Of a DNA stretch of 64,000 bases, positions 17,647 through 27,295 are shown one piece after another; within the stretch, counting starts at the first letter, position 1; every line of letters starts with the position of its first letter. The stretch comes from Rhodothermales bacterium (GTDB lineage Bacteria; Bacteroidota; Rhodothermia; Rhodothermales; JAHQVL01), in assembly GCA_034439735.1 (NCBI GenBank), contig JAWXAX010000076.1:536-64535 (forward strand). Reading direction: 5' to 3'. Made by a program: the position numbers and the translations under genes. The notes under the pieces are model-generated. The model did not search any database, was not told the origin of the DNA, and saw nothing but the letters and a program-made list of their open reading frames with translations.

Positions 17647-18741
17647 ATGTCTCTCCGTTGCGGCATCGTCGGTCTTCCGAATGTCGGTAAATCCACGCTT
17701 TTTAATGCGCTGAGCAATGCTGGCGCCGAGTCCGCCAACTACCCGTTCTGCACCATCGAACCCAATGTCGGGGTGGTCGCCGTGCCCGATCCCCGCCTCA
17801 CCCGTCTGGCGGAGACGGCCAGATCGGCCAAGCTGGTGCCGGCAACCATCGAGTTTGTGGACATCGCCGGCCTGGTCGCCGGCGCCTCAAAGGGAGAAGG
17901 CCTGGGCAACCAGTTCCTGGCGCATATCCGCGAAGTAGACGCGATCATACACGTCGTTCGCTGCTTCGACGACGAAAATGTCACCCACGTCGAAGGATCG
18001 GTGGACCCCGCGCGCGACGTGGAGATCATCCACACGGAGCTCCTGCTGAAGGACATGGAGACGGCAGAGAAACGCATCGACCGGACGCGCAAACTGCTCA
18101 AGACGGGCGACAAAAAGGTGCAGACGGAGCTGGCATTTTACGAACGGGTGATGGCCCACCTCGAGACGCCGCTGCTGGCCCGCGCGATGGAGGTAAAAAA
18201 AGAGGAGTTGGAGTGGATGAAGTCGCTGTTCCTCCTCACTCAGAAGCCCGTACTGTTCGCCGCCAACGTCAGGGAATCGGATCTGCCGGACGGCAATGCG
18301 TATGTCGAGACACTGCGCCAGATCGCGGCAGCGGAAAACGCCGCCGTCATCGTCGTCTGCGCCGAACTCGAAGCCCAACTGGGCGAGATCGAGCCCTCCG
18401 AACGCGCGGCGTTCCTGAATGATATGGGGCTCGATGAAGCCGGCCTGGACCGACTGGTACACACGGCCTACTCACTCCTCGGCCTCATCACCTACTTCAC
18501 CGCCGGCCCGAAGGAGGCCCGCGCCTGGACCATTCCGATTGGCACCAAAGCCCCACAGGCCGCCGGCGTGATCCATAGCGATTTCGAACGCGGCTTCATC
18601 CGAGCCGAGACCATCAAATACTCGGATTATATCACCCTCGGCACGGAAGCCGCCGCCCGAGATGCCGGCCTCATGCGCTCCGAAGGCAAGGAATACGTGG
18701 TGCTAGACGGCGATGTGATGCTGTTTCGGTTTAATGTCTGA
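17647..18741 (+). CDS. ychF: redox-regulated ribosome-binding ATPase YchF
   Basis: 364 aa. GIVGLPNVGKSTLFNAL P-loop, DIAGLVAGASKGEGLGN, C-terminal TGS-like GDVMLFRFNV. Confidence 0.95.
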   Translation: MSLRCGIVGLPNVGKSTLFNALSNAGAESANYPFCTIEPNVGVVAVPDPRLTRLAETARSAKLVPATIEFVDIAGLVAGASKGEGLGNQFLAHIREVDAIIHVVRCFDDENVTHVEGSVDPARDVEIIHTELLLKDMETAEKRIDRTRKLLKTGDKKVQTELAFYERVMAHLETPLLARAMEVKKEELEWMKSLFLLTQKPVLFAANVRESDLPDGNAYVETLRQIAAAENAAVIVVCAELEAQLGEIEPSERAAFLNDMGLDEAGLDRLVHTAYSLLGLITYFTAGPKEARAWTIPIGTKAPQAAGVIHSDFERGFIRAETIKYSDYITLGTEAAARDAGLMRSEGKEYVVLDGDVMLFRFNV

Positions 18742-18745
18742 TCGA

Positions 18746-18783
18746 TGGTCGATGGTTAGGCATCGATCATTAACTATCGACCA
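18746..18783. terminator. 13-bp inverted repeat between convergent ychF and OMP genes
   Basis: TGGTCGATGGTTA (18746-18758) / TAACTATCGACCA (18771-18783), one mismatch, 12-nt loop. Confidence 0.45.
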
Positions 18784-18793
18784 TTAACATCAG

Positions 18794-19480
18794 CTAGAAC
18801 AACCGTCCAAACGTAATGCTGATCGATGGGGTGCCGAAGAATCGGGCCGGCGTGGTGGCTTCATCGATCTCCAGGAGTTGGATCGGGTCGAAAAAGTAAT
18901 TGAAGCTATAGCCCACCCGCATACCCTGGGCGACACGGGTGCTCTCGCCGAAATGAGCCCCCAACCCAACCATCCCGCCAATGCCGAAACGTAATTCTCC
19001 TTTCAGCAGCGACCCAAACCCTTCGTAGCGCCGCTCGCCGGAGTCGTAGGACCCATTGTCGTTGTCGTCGTCGAAATACGGGTAGACCCAGCCGAGTGTG
19101 GGGCCAAACGTGAACTGGGTGTAGGGCCTGAAATTGTCCTCGATATGCTCTTTCCACAGCCGGCGCTGGATACCCAGACGCACGGGGATACGCAGGAAAT
19201 AGTTCGCTTTGTCCGGAATGAAGTTCTGGCCGATGCCGATGAACTTGACCTCACGCTCACTTTTTTCGGAGCCGATGTTGAGGTCCACCGCGAGGGATGT
19301 GCGTGTGCCAATGGCCCCGTTGACGTACGCCCCCAGCCCAAACCCGCTGTTGGTGATGACCACCTCCAGGCCGGCGCCCGTGCCATATGCGGTGGCCAGG
19401 GAGTCTGCCTCGCCGGCCTCCTGTGCGTAGGCGCCTGTTGCCGCGGGTAGAATGAGGAGGATGAGGAAGAGACGATTCAT
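18794..19480 (-). CDS. outer-membrane beta-barrel protein (hypothetical)
   Basis: ATG at 19480 gives MNRLFLILLILPAATGAYAQ signal peptide. Alternating beta-strand pattern, C-terminal ...ITFGRLF with terminal Phe. The upstream extension of track ORF 18794..19852 looks non-coding. Confidence 0.7.
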   Translation of the reverse strand: MNRLFLILLILPAATGAYAQEAGEADSLATAYGTGAGLEVVITNSGFGLGAYVNGAIGTRTSLAVDLNIGSEKSEREVKFIGIGQNFIPDKANYFLRIPVRLGIQRRLWKEHIEDNFRPYTQFTFGPTLGWVYPYFDDDNDNGSYDSGERRYEGFGSLLKGELRFGIGGMVGLGAHFGESTRVAQGMRVGYSFNYFFDPIQLLEIDEATTPARFFGTPSISITFGRLF

Positions 19481-19585
19481 GGCGGAGGCGTCGCTGAACA
19501 GTCTGGTGAGAACTTGAGCCGGAAAGCTTTGTTCTGTAGCCATGCCGGCCGAGGCGCCCCTCCCGCACCATCCCAGTTTGCCTAC

Positions 19586-20875
19586 GTGGATTACCGCCTG
19601 CTCATCGCGCGCCGCTACCTGTTCAGTCCCCGACGCGTCACGCTGATCTCGATCATCACGGGTATTTCGGTGTTCGGTGTCGCGCTGGGCGTGGCGTCGC
19701 TCATCGTCGTTTTGTCCGTGATGAATGGCTTCTCGGAGGTGGTGCGCGGGCTGCTGGTCGGGCTTGATCCCCATGTCCGCATCGTCGCTGTGGACAACCG
19801 CGAGCCGGTGCCATCGGATTCGTTGCTCGCTATCGCGGCGGCCCTCCCTCATGTGATTTCCGCTGCGCCCTATGTGCAGGGCAAGGCGCTCCTGGTCATG
19901 GAGGGGATGAGCGACATGAACCGGGTGGTGATCGTGCGCGGCGTAGAAACGGCGTCGGCGGGCAAGGTGAGCGATGTGGTGGAGAAGACGACTATGGGCG
20001 CATTCGATCTGGATCGGCGCGCCGGCCGGGCCGGCGTGGTCGTTGGCCGGAATCTGGGGCAGAGCCTGGGGCTGTTTCCGCCCGCGACGGCCGAGGGTCT
20101 CCCGTCTACCGGAGAGGAACGGGGCAGCAGCGTCTATCTGCTGACGGCGCCGGGTATCGAGCGCATGATGACCCAGCTGCTTGGCGCCATGCCCTCCAGC
20201 CCGTACGAGGTCCGCGGCTTATATGAAATGGAGCCGGTATACGACGAGACGCACGTGTTTATCGACCTCGCCGAAGCACAACGCCTGTACCGGATGAACG
20301 ACCGCGTCTCGGGCATCGAACTCCGCCTGGACGACCTCAACCGCGCCGCCGAGGTCAAGGAGCTCCTGACCGCTCGCCTGGATACCGCGCGCGTGGAGAT
20401 CTTTACGTGGTACGATCTCAAGAAGTCCCTCTACGAGGTGATGGAACTCGAGAAATGGGGTGCCTCGCTCGTTCTCTTCCTCATCGTAGTCGTCGCCGCG
20501 TTTAATATCGTCGGGTCGCTGACGATGGTGGTGATCGAGAAACGCCACGACATTGGGGTCCTGAAAGCAATGGGGGTGTCCAGGCGCAATGTGCTGACGA
20601 TCTTCCTGACGGAAGGCGCCCTGATCGGCGCGATCGGCACCGGGGTCGGCCTCTTTTTTGGCCTCGGCCTGTCGCTTGCGCAACACCATCTGCACCTGGT
20701 GCCGATGGCCGAGGCGGAGTCCTTCATCCTGGACGCGTACCCGATCGCCATCCGCGGCTTCGATGTCGGACTCATCGTGGTGGTCGCGCTCGGGCTCTGT
20801 ATCGCTGCCGCCATCTATCCCTCGCTCCGCGCCGCCGCGATCGAGCCGGCGGACGCCGTCCGAATCGGAGATTAA
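19586..20875 (+). CDS. lipoprotein-releasing system permease (LolC/LolE, FtsX family)
   Basis: GTG at 19586 gives VDYRLLIARRYLFSPRR, typical of LolC/E N-termini (track start 19514 is possible). MacB-like periplasmic domain and C-terminal FtsX TM bundle. Confidence 0.85.
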   Translation: MDYRLLIARRYLFSPRRVTLISIITGISVFGVALGVASLIVVLSVMNGFSEVVRGLLVGLDPHVRIVAVDNREPVPSDSLLAIAAALPHVISAAPYVQGKALLVMEGMSDMNRVVIVRGVETASAGKVSDVVEKTTMGAFDLDRRAGRAGVVVGRNLGQSLGLFPPATAEGLPSTGEERGSSVYLLTAPGIERMMTQLLGAMPSSPYEVRGLYEMEPVYDETHVFIDLAEAQRLYRMNDRVSGIELRLDDLNRAAEVKELLTARLDTARVEIFTWYDLKKSLYEVMELEKWGASLVLFLIVVVAAFNIVGSLTMVVIEKRHDIGVLKAMGVSRRNVLTIFLTEGALIGAIGTGVGLFFGLGLSLAQHHLHLVPMAEAESFILDAYPIAIRGFDVGLIVVVALGLCIAAAIYPSLRAAAIEPADAVRIGD

Positions 20876-20969
20876 TAACGAACGTTCGGTAAAGCCGAAA
20901 CTTTTCCACAGGGTGCTTATTTTAAGCCCTTCTGTCCGATACAATCACTCAGTGCTGAAAGGCCATATC

Positions 20970-21206
20970 ATGGCACGGAAAGACCAGATCACCGGTAAGG
21001 GCCCTATGTCGGGGAATCACGTTTCGCATGCGAATAACAAGGTTCGCCGGCGTTTCAACGTGAATCTGCAGAAGAAGCGGTTCTATATTCCGGAAGAGAA
21101 GCGGTGGATCACGTTGCGGGTTTCCGCGCAGACGATCAAGACGATCAACAAGAACGGCATCGCGGCTGTTCTGAAAGAAGCGCGCGCCCAGGGCGTTCGC
21201 GTCTGA
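20970..21206 (+). CDS. rpmB: 50S ribosomal protein L28
   Basis: ATG at 20970: MARKDQITGKGPMSGNHVSHANNKVRRRFNVNLQKKRF.... The longer track ORF 20658..21206 is the same frame with a spurious 5' extension. Confidence 0.95.
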   Translation: MARKDQITGKGPMSGNHVSHANNKVRRRFNVNLQKKRFYIPEEKRWITLRVSAQTIKTINKNGIAAVLKEARAQGVRV

Positions 21207-21256
21207 TCGCGGACCCTCCACGCCCCCATCCACTCTGTTAGCTCGGCTATACGGCA

Positions 21257-21427
21257 ATGGCAAAAGGAAAAGAAACTCGGATCAAGGTGATTCTGGAGTG
21301 CACCGAAGCTCCCGGCACCTCCCGCTACTCCACGATCAAGAACCGGCGTAATACGCCGGCCCGCATGGAGTTGAAGAAGTACAACCCGGTGCTTCGCAAG
21401 ATGACGCTCCATAAGGAGATCAAGTAA
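21257..21427 (+). CDS. rpmG: 50S ribosomal protein L33
   Basis: Hand translation: [56 protein letters not shown] (56 aa). Below the length cut-off of the ORF track. Confidence 0.9.
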   Translation: MAKGKETRIKVILECTEAPGTSRYSTIKNRRNTPARMELKKYNPVLRKMTLHKEIK

Positions 21428-21551
21428 GCGAAGTCAGGTATGCCTGGCCGGCGGTCGCCGGCTCGGCACTCGGTAGAATAATCAGGTGGCATCCGGCGGG
21501 CGTATCGCTTAAGTCGGATCTTGCGTTATACCAGCATCACGAGGTGAAGCT

Positions 21552-21731
21552 ATGGCTAAGAAAGTTAGTAAGAACCAGCGTACGGACCGCGGTAAGAACA
21601 AGGTCACCATCAAGATGGCCAAGATTATCACCGCGGACAAGAAGGAGAACGGGCAGTACCGCTTCGTTCATAAGATGGTCAATGCGGACGACTTGCAGAG
21701 CGAGTTGGCCGCGGCGAAGGCGAACATCTAG
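21552..21731 (+). CDS. small basic protein, DUF4295-type (conserved after rpmB-rpmG in Bacteroidota)
   Basis: Hand translation: [59 protein letters not shown] (59 aa). Position after L28/L33. Confidence 0.7.
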   Translation: MAKKVSKNQRTDRGKNKVTIKMAKIITADKKENGQYRFVHKMVNADDLQSELAAAKANI

Positions 21732-21748
21732 TTCGCGAGACCGCCGTT

Positions 21749-21822
<74 letters not shown>

Positions 21823-21847
21823 CATCGTGTTGGATCAGTGTTCTGTT

Positions 21848-21924
21848 GCGCCCGTAGCTCAACTGGATAGAGCAGCGGACTTCTAATCCGCAGGTTGCAG
21901 GTTCGAGCCCTGCCGGGCGCGCCA
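21848..21924 (+). tRNA. tRNA-Arg (anticodon TCT), CCA encoded
   Basis: Acceptor GCGCCCG/CGGGCGC, D-arm TAGCTCAACTGGATAGAGC, anticodon loop CTTCTAA, T-arm GCAGGTTCGAGCCCTGC. Confidence 0.9.
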
Positions 21925-21963
21925 TGTTCGCCCGGCGGCTCTGTCTGAAACGTGCTTTAAGCC

Positions 21964-22037
21964 GGTGACGTGGCCGAGTGGCTAGGCAAAGGTCTGCAAA
22001 ACCTTCTACGGCGGTTCGAATCCGCCCGTCACCTCCA
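21964..22037 (+). tRNA. tRNA-Cys (anticodon GCA), CCA encoded
   Basis: Acceptor GGTGACG/CGTCACC, anticodon stem AAGGT/ACCTT with loop CTGCAAA, T-arm GGCGGTTCGAATCCGCC. Confidence 0.85.
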
Positions 22038-22116
22038 GGGGTTCCCGTTTAAGGGCGCCCCTTTTTTATTTGCCGGGAGGGTATGCGGCGGCCTCGCGTT
22101 GCGTCTTGAAGGATAT

Positions 22117-23010
22117 ATGCCCTCAACGCAACCGGCCCACCTCATGCGGATCTTTTTACCTCCCTACCTCAGCGCGCGAACTATCTACAGTGTGATCGGC
22201 CAGGTACTGAGCGAAACCAATGCACTGCGGGCGGACCGCTTCAGCTTCGATCTTTCGCCGCTTATTGCCGTGGAGCCCGCCGGCGTAGCGGCCTTCGCCG
22301 CCCTCGTCGAATGGATACGCCTCCGCGAATCGATCTGTGTCCTCGCACCAGGCACCTGCGCTCCCAACGAACCCGTCGCACTCACCCTACGCCGTATCGG
22401 CTTCTTCCCTCGGGTCCTCCACCACCCCGTGGCGTTCTCCGCCCCTCCCGACACCCACTGGATGCCACTTGCGATCGTTCCTCCGGAAGCCTCGGGTCGT
22501 ATGTTGGCGGAGGACGTGCTGCCGTGGATCGCCGCCCGGTCCGGTGTCAGCCGGTTTGCGGTGGAGTGGAACCTGTCATCCCTGGGAGCTCTCTTCACTC
22601 CGGTCACAGAACCCACCCGGCAGCCCTTCTTCGTGGTCGGACGCATTGATCCGCAACGCGCCAGGCTTGAACTGGCCGTCGCCGCATGGCCGGCGCATGC
22701 AGAGGTCGCCCGCGCGGATCGCCACGAAGGAAAATCCGCTTTCGATCAGCTGCTGGCCGGCCTGTCAGACCAGGTCGTGGGGTGGTTTGCACTCCATGAA
22801 GGATGGCAGATCGCCACGGCCGTGCCCGATGGGATCCACCGGGTCCGCTCGACGTACCCGGCGCCGGTGGCCTACCCCGGTCGGTTGTTTGATCTCGTGA
22901 TCGATCTGACGGCTTTCTCCATACAACCGATGCTTAACGAGCCCAGCGAGCCAGTCACAGTGCCGTGGACGTACGCTCTGTCGGTCCTGGAATCGGGAGG
23001 GCCGGCCTGA
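22117..23010 (+). CDS. hypothetical protein (297 aa)
   Basis: ATG at 22117 (MPSTQPAHLMRIF...). The track ORF start at 21970 would overlap tRNA-Cys. No motif recognised. Confidence 0.55.
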   Translation: MPSTQPAHLMRIFLPPYLSARTIYSVIGQVLSETNALRADRFSFDLSPLIAVEPAGVAAFAALVEWIRLRESICVLAPGTCAPNEPVALTLRRIGFFPRVLHHPVAFSAPPDTHWMPLAIVPPEASGRMLAEDVLPWIAARSGVSRFAVEWNLSSLGALFTPVTEPTRQPFFVVGRIDPQRARLELAVAAWPAHAEVARADRHEGKSAFDQLLAGLSDQVVGWFALHEGWQIATAVPDGIHRVRSTYPAPVAYPGRLFDLVIDLTAFSIQPMLNEPSEPVTVPWTYALSVLESGGPA

Positions 23011-23192
23011 GAGGGGCGGGAGGCATCGATTTGTTTGTCGAATAGCCGCGAAAGCGGCTCGTTGGTAAGAGAAGAATATAAAAAGCGAAACGGCTTGGTT
23101 TCCCGGGCGTACCCTGCTAACGTATTCCATCTGGCAGGTTGGCCCACGCCGCTGTTATTCTGCTTTCGCACGCTAGGTTAAAAGGAAATTCC

Positions 23193-23555
23193 ATGACAGC
23201 CCTGGGTTTTGTGAGCATCACGCTGATCGTGCTCGTCTTTTTTGCTGCGCTTTATGGCGTGGTGGAACTGATCGGGCGCGCCGCGGAACGCCGTTACCGC
23301 ACGGCGGCCCAGGAGGCCCTGGATCGATACTGGAAGCAAAACAAAGACGAACTGCGACTCGATGTCCCCTGTCCGAACTGCAACCTTCGGTTCGACGCGC
23401 CGGACCAGACCTATTTCGAGTGCCCGCACTGTGCCTTCTTGCTCACCACCGAATGGATCAAAAACTACCACCACCGAAAGATGAAGGAGGAGTGGGAGAA
23501 TAGCTTCTCCGGGCGCTTCTATCGCATTGCGCCCGAGGCGCCGGCCAAACGATGA
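23193..23555 (+). CDS. hypothetical membrane-anchored zinc-ribbon protein
   Basis: ATG at 23193: one N-terminal TM (ALGFVSITLIVLVFFAALYGVV), then CPNC...x15...CPHC. Confidence 0.55.
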   Translation: MTALGFVSITLIVLVFFAALYGVVELIGRAAERRYRTAAQEALDRYWKQNKDELRLDVPCPNCNLRFDAPDQTYFECPHCAFLLTTEWIKNYHHRKMKEEWENSFSGRFYRIAPEAPAKR

Positions 23556-23558
23556 ACG

Positions 23559-26225
23559 TTACCAGGAGACCGACAGGTCGAACGAAGGCTGTAAACCCAG
23601 GTCGTATACGTCTACATTGACGAACGAAAAGCCAAGCGCCGGCCGGTCCGGATTGTACACCTGCACCGGGTCCCTGTACCAGGTATTCGCCCGGCCGTAG
23701 AGGTTGTAAACCGATACTCGCGCATCGACGCGGATACCCCCGAATGGCCGGCTGAACCGTACCCCCCCGTCGAGCCGGTGGTAGTCGGGCAAATAGTCCC
23801 GCTCGATGGGATCGTCGTACGCCAGAATGTTGGGGGTGCCCGTGGCGTAGTACCAGGTGGCGTACGCCGTGAACGTGCGAAGCAAGGGGATGGCGATATG
23901 CGATGAAAACTGGTGCCTCCGATCCCACTCCGCCGGAAACCGCTCTCCCTGATTGACACGCCCGTTCTGCAACTCTACCCGAGACAGGGTATAACTGGAC
24001 GTCCAGCTGATCGTACCGATCAGCTGACGGTACATCGCCTCGATACCTGTCGCATACGCCCTGTTATCCGAAAACCAGGGCACAAAACGGTTGTCGTTGG
24101 CGGTGGTGATGCCCGCAGGCGCGTTGATTTCGTGACGCCGGATGTTCGCGTGATTTCGCGAGTAGGCCTCGACTTGCAGCGAGGCGGAACGGTGCGGTTT
24201 GATGTATACGCCGGCCGTGAGGTTGTTGACCTCGCTGGGCTTCGATGCCCCCGTGGTCATGATCCACACGCTCGCGCTGTTCGTGTTCTGAAGATAGAGG
24301 TGGTGTAAAAACTGGTAATTCTTGCTAAACCCGAGCTTAAACGAAATCGGTTTGCCCGGTAACACCGTCACTTGCGCGCGAGGCGACAGTTTGAAGGTGT
24401 TCCCCTGCGTGAAATAGTGACTCCGGAGGCCGAGGTGAAGATCGACATATTCCAGATCCGTTGTTTCATACTGCACAAAAGCATCACCCTGGATGGCAAA
24501 ATAATCTTCCTGAAACTCCGGCCGGCTCGCCGAACGCTCATGGTAAAACAGGGCGTAATAGTTCGCGGCCATCCCCATCGTCCATTGACCCGAATACGCC
24601 GGCGTCAGATTGAGAAACTCGGCCCATTGTAGATCGAACAACTCATTTTCGTACTCGAATGGGAAGATGAAATTTCTCGGCTGCCCCGTCTGATTGTTGA
24701 TGCGCGTGAATACAAAGTCATCTTTCCCGAAGAAGCTGCGATAGTGGCTGCCGGCAAGTAGGGACTGCAGATATGCGCGCCGGCCGATCGGCCGATAAAA
24801 TTGAAGGCTCAAGGCCTCATTCCCCCACCGGTTGCGTGTCTCGACATCGCGAGTGACCGCCCCAAGGACATTGGTCACGGAGTCCCGCTCGGCGTAGACA
24901 CGCTCTGCATTGAGCAGGGTGTGATTCCCGCCGAGGTACAACGTCGCCATGCGCCGGCGTCCATCCGGGGCCTCCGTGTAGATCTTGGCGTGGAGGTCAT
25001 AGAAGCGAGCCGCGCCGGCGCGGGGGGTTACAAGGCGGTTTTCAACGCCGGCGTATTCTGGCGGCAGGGCGCTTTTCGACCGACTTACGTCCAACCCCAT
25101 CAGGACGAGGTTCTCGTTATTCAACCAGTCTATGGCGTCGATGTACGAATGCCGGCCCGAAACCAGCCAACTCGATCGGCCGACCCCGATAGGGCCTTCA
25201 AGCGTCCCGCGGACGGCGGTGCTGCTTGCCCCAAGTGCTCCGCGCAGCCGGTTCAACGAACCCGTGCGGGTGATAAACGACATAGTACCCCCTGGTGGGG
25301 CGAAGTAACTGGCCGGAGCGATGTCGTAATAAAACCCGACCGTCTGCAGCGCATCGCTATTAAAGACGTCGAAGAAGCCGAAGAAGTGGTTCTGGTTGTA
25401 GATCGAGGCGCCATCCAGCAGCACTTGAAACCCATCGGCCTTGCTGCCGCGCACGTTTAGCCCGTCGGTCATGGCCGGTGAGACGGCTACCATGGGCAAA
25501 GGCTGCAGGCCGCGCAGTACGCTGCTCTCGCTAAGCGAAGAAAACCGGTCTGTGTGCAACAGGTAGAGCCAGGTCGTATCCAGATCCGTCTGCAATATCG
25601 AGCTACTCACGAGCACTTCCTGTCCCCGAATGGGCTCCGGCACAAGTCGGATCGAGAGTTCTTCCGGGTAGGCGCCGGCCACCATGCGCCATACCGTGGT
25701 CTGGTATCCGATGTAGGAGATGTGCAGGTCGACGGTCGGCTGTGCGGCAAATGCGTTGTCGATCCGCAAGGTAAATACGCCGGCATCATTCGTCGTAACG
25801 CCGCGAATGCGGCCGTCCTGTACCCAGGAAACGCTGGCGAAGGGCAGCCGACCCCCGCTCTCCGCGTCGATCACCTGGCCCGAGACGACCCCGGGCGCCG
25901 GGCTGGCGTCCGCCGCCGGCTCGAACAGCAGAATCTGACGATGGGCGGCGTCGAAGCGCATGTCGATGCGCTGCGTGGCCAGGGCGGCTTCGAGCGACGG
26001 CACGAGGTCGATGGCCTGACAATTCAGGGTGATGAGCTTACTGACGATCAGCGCGTCGCGAAACAGGAATCGGTATCCCCCACGGAGTTGGATGTCCGCG
26101 ATGACCTCGTTGAGCGGGGCGTTGGTGTAGGAGAACGTCTGGGCCGATGCGGTGCCGGTGGTGCCCACGAGCAACAGCAGGGCATAAAGAAAAGAAACGC
26201 AGCGAAGTTCAGGGACGCGTTTCAA
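23559..26225 (-). CDS. TonB-dependent receptor with N-terminal STN/FecR-signalling extension and CarboxypepD_reg-like domain
   Basis: Proposed TTG start at 26225 gives signal peptide (M)KRVPELRCVSFLYALLLLVGTTGTASA. STN-like NAPLNEVIADIQ...LEAAL, then GQVIDAESGGRLPFASV, plug and barrel ending ...FDLSVSW. The track start 26390 would overlap fecR by 180 nt. Confidence 0.85.
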   Translation of the reverse strand: MKRVPELRCVSFLYALLLLVGTTGTASAQTFSYTNAPLNEVIADIQLRGGYRFLFRDALIVSKLITLNCQAIDLVPSLEAALATQRIDMRFDAAHRQILLFEPAADASPAPGVVSGQVIDAESGGRLPFASVSWVQDGRIRGVTTNDAGVFTLRIDNAFAAQPTVDLHISYIGYQTTVWRMVAGAYPEELSIRLVPEPIRGQEVLVSSSILQTDLDTTWLYLLHTDRFSSLSESSVLRGLQPLPMVAVSPAMTDGLNVRGSKADGFQVLLDGASIYNQNHFFGFFDVFNSDALQTVGFYYDIAPASYFAPPGGTMSFITRTGSLNRLRGALGASSTAVRGTLEGPIGVGRSSWLVSGRHSYIDAIDWLNNENLVLMGLDVSRSKSALPPEYAGVENRLVTPRAGAARFYDLHAKIYTEAPDGRRRMATLYLGGNHTLLNAERVYAERDSVTNVLGAVTRDVETRNRWGNEALSLQFYRPIGRRAYLQSLLAGSHYRSFFGKDDFVFTRINNQTGQPRNFIFPFEYENELFDLQWAEFLNLTPAYSGQWTMGMAANYYALFYHERSASRPEFQEDYFAIQGDAFVQYETTDLEYVDLHLGLRSHYFTQGNTFKLSPRAQVTVLPGKPISFKLGFSKNYQFLHHLYLQNTNSASVWIMTTGASKPSEVNNLTAGVYIKPHRSASLQVEAYSRNHANIRRHEINAPAGITTANDNRFVPWFSDNRAYATGIEAMYRQLIGTISWTSSYTLSRVELQNGRVNQGERFPAEWDRRHQFSSHIAIPLLRTFTAYATWYYATGTPNILAYDDPIERDYLPDYHRLDGGVRFSRPFGGIRVDARVSVYNLYGRANTWYRDPVQVYNPDRPALGFSFVNVDVYDLGLQPSFDLSVSW

Positions 26226-27198
26226 ACCGGTAGACCTGGGCGCCGGCCTGAATTCCGACGCTGTTCGTCGCGGCCCCCAATTGATCCAGCGCACTTCGTG
26301 GAGAATCGAGAATGATCGTCCCCGATATCGTCTCAGCCAGCCTTTCCGAAGGAAATTCAATGACAACACCGAAATGGAATGCAAGCTCATCCACTACCCG
26401 AGCAATAGGCTGCTGTGCAAAGCGCAACTCGTCGTCGATCCAGTCCAGCGCGTCTTCCTCCGAACCGCCAGTGCCTGCTACCTCCGCGCCCAGGCTATTG
26501 ACGCGCCCGAGGTCCCCCGGTTTCAACACAACGGCGCTGCCGGAGGGCGCGTGCTGCAACGAAACACTCCCTGATTTGAGAAATACCTCGACCGATTCGC
26601 CCCAGGTTCTGACGACAAACTGTGTGCCCAGCACGGCCACGACGGCGTCGGCGGAATGGACCGTGAACAAACGCGATTGGTCGTGGACAACGTCGAAGTA
26701 AGCTTCGCCGTCGAGGCGGAATTGACGTGTGGATTCCACACTACCGAATCGATAGAGGCGGGAGTGAGGGCGCATGGTGATGATCGAGCCTTCTTCCGTC
26801 GTGTAGATGACGGCGGCCTCGGCGGCCTCGGCCAGCAGCTCGGGCGCCTCGGCGCGTTGGGTGATGAGCCAGACTAGCGCCAGGACCCCCACAAGGCTGG
26901 CGGCAATGGAGAGCCGAATGAAACGGCTCCGCGTCCGTTGCCTTCGGACCGGTGGGCGGGCGCCGGCTTCTGCCGGCGTCGTCACCTGCTGTACGATGGC
27001 TTGCCAAAGGCGGGCAGACTGGTCAGGCGACGGCAGATGTGCGGCGCGGTGGGTCTCGGTGGCGGTCCTGAATCGGTCCAATAACACTACGAGAGGATCC
27101 GAGGAGCCGGCCGTCGTGCCTTCTTCGAGACGTTTCCCCAGGAGGCGCGCTGCGATTAGCTCGCGGTCGCTATCAGGCAGGGAGGAATCGTCGTGCAT
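26209..27198 (-). CDS. FecR-family anti-sigma factor / transmembrane sensor
   Basis: ATG at 27198 (MHDDSSLPDSDREL...), single TM (LSIAASLVGVLALVWLI), C-terminal FecR-like beta-rich domain. Sits between an ECF sigma and a TonB receptor. Confidence 0.8.
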   Translation of the reverse strand: MHDDSSLPDSDRELIAARLLGKRLEEGTTAGSSDPLVVLLDRFRTATETHRAAHLPSPDQSARLWQAIVQQVTTPAEAGARPPVRRQRTRSRFIRLSIAASLVGVLALVWLITQRAEAPELLAEAAEAAVIYTTEEGSIITMRPHSRLYRFGSVESTRQFRLDGEAYFDVVHDQSRLFTVHSADAVVAVLGTQFVVRTWGESVEVFLKSGSVSLQHAPSGSAVVLKPGDLGRVNSLGAEVAGTGGSEEDALDWIDDELRFAQQPIARVVDELAFHFGVVIEFPSERLAETISGTIILDSPRSALDQLGAATNSVGIQAGAQVYRFETRP

Positions 27199-27295
27199 GG
27201 CACGCACCGAGGGATAAAGCGTGAAAGTAGGGGCGGGGCGGGGCGCCCTCCTTCGCCCACCCGGTCTGGCGGCGAAGGAGGGCGTAGGAACAGGA

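Noticed and set aside
21970-22116. N-terminal 49 codons of track ORF 21970..23010.
   Set aside because: They overlap tRNA-Cys (21964-22037). The first in-frame ATG after the tRNA (22117) is the sensible start.
26226-26390. Upstream extension of the TonB receptor ORF to the ATG at 26390.
   Set aside because: It would overlap the 3' end of fecR by about 180 nt and place 55 junk-like residues before an otherwise perfect signal peptide. A TTG at 26225 fits better, but this is unverified.
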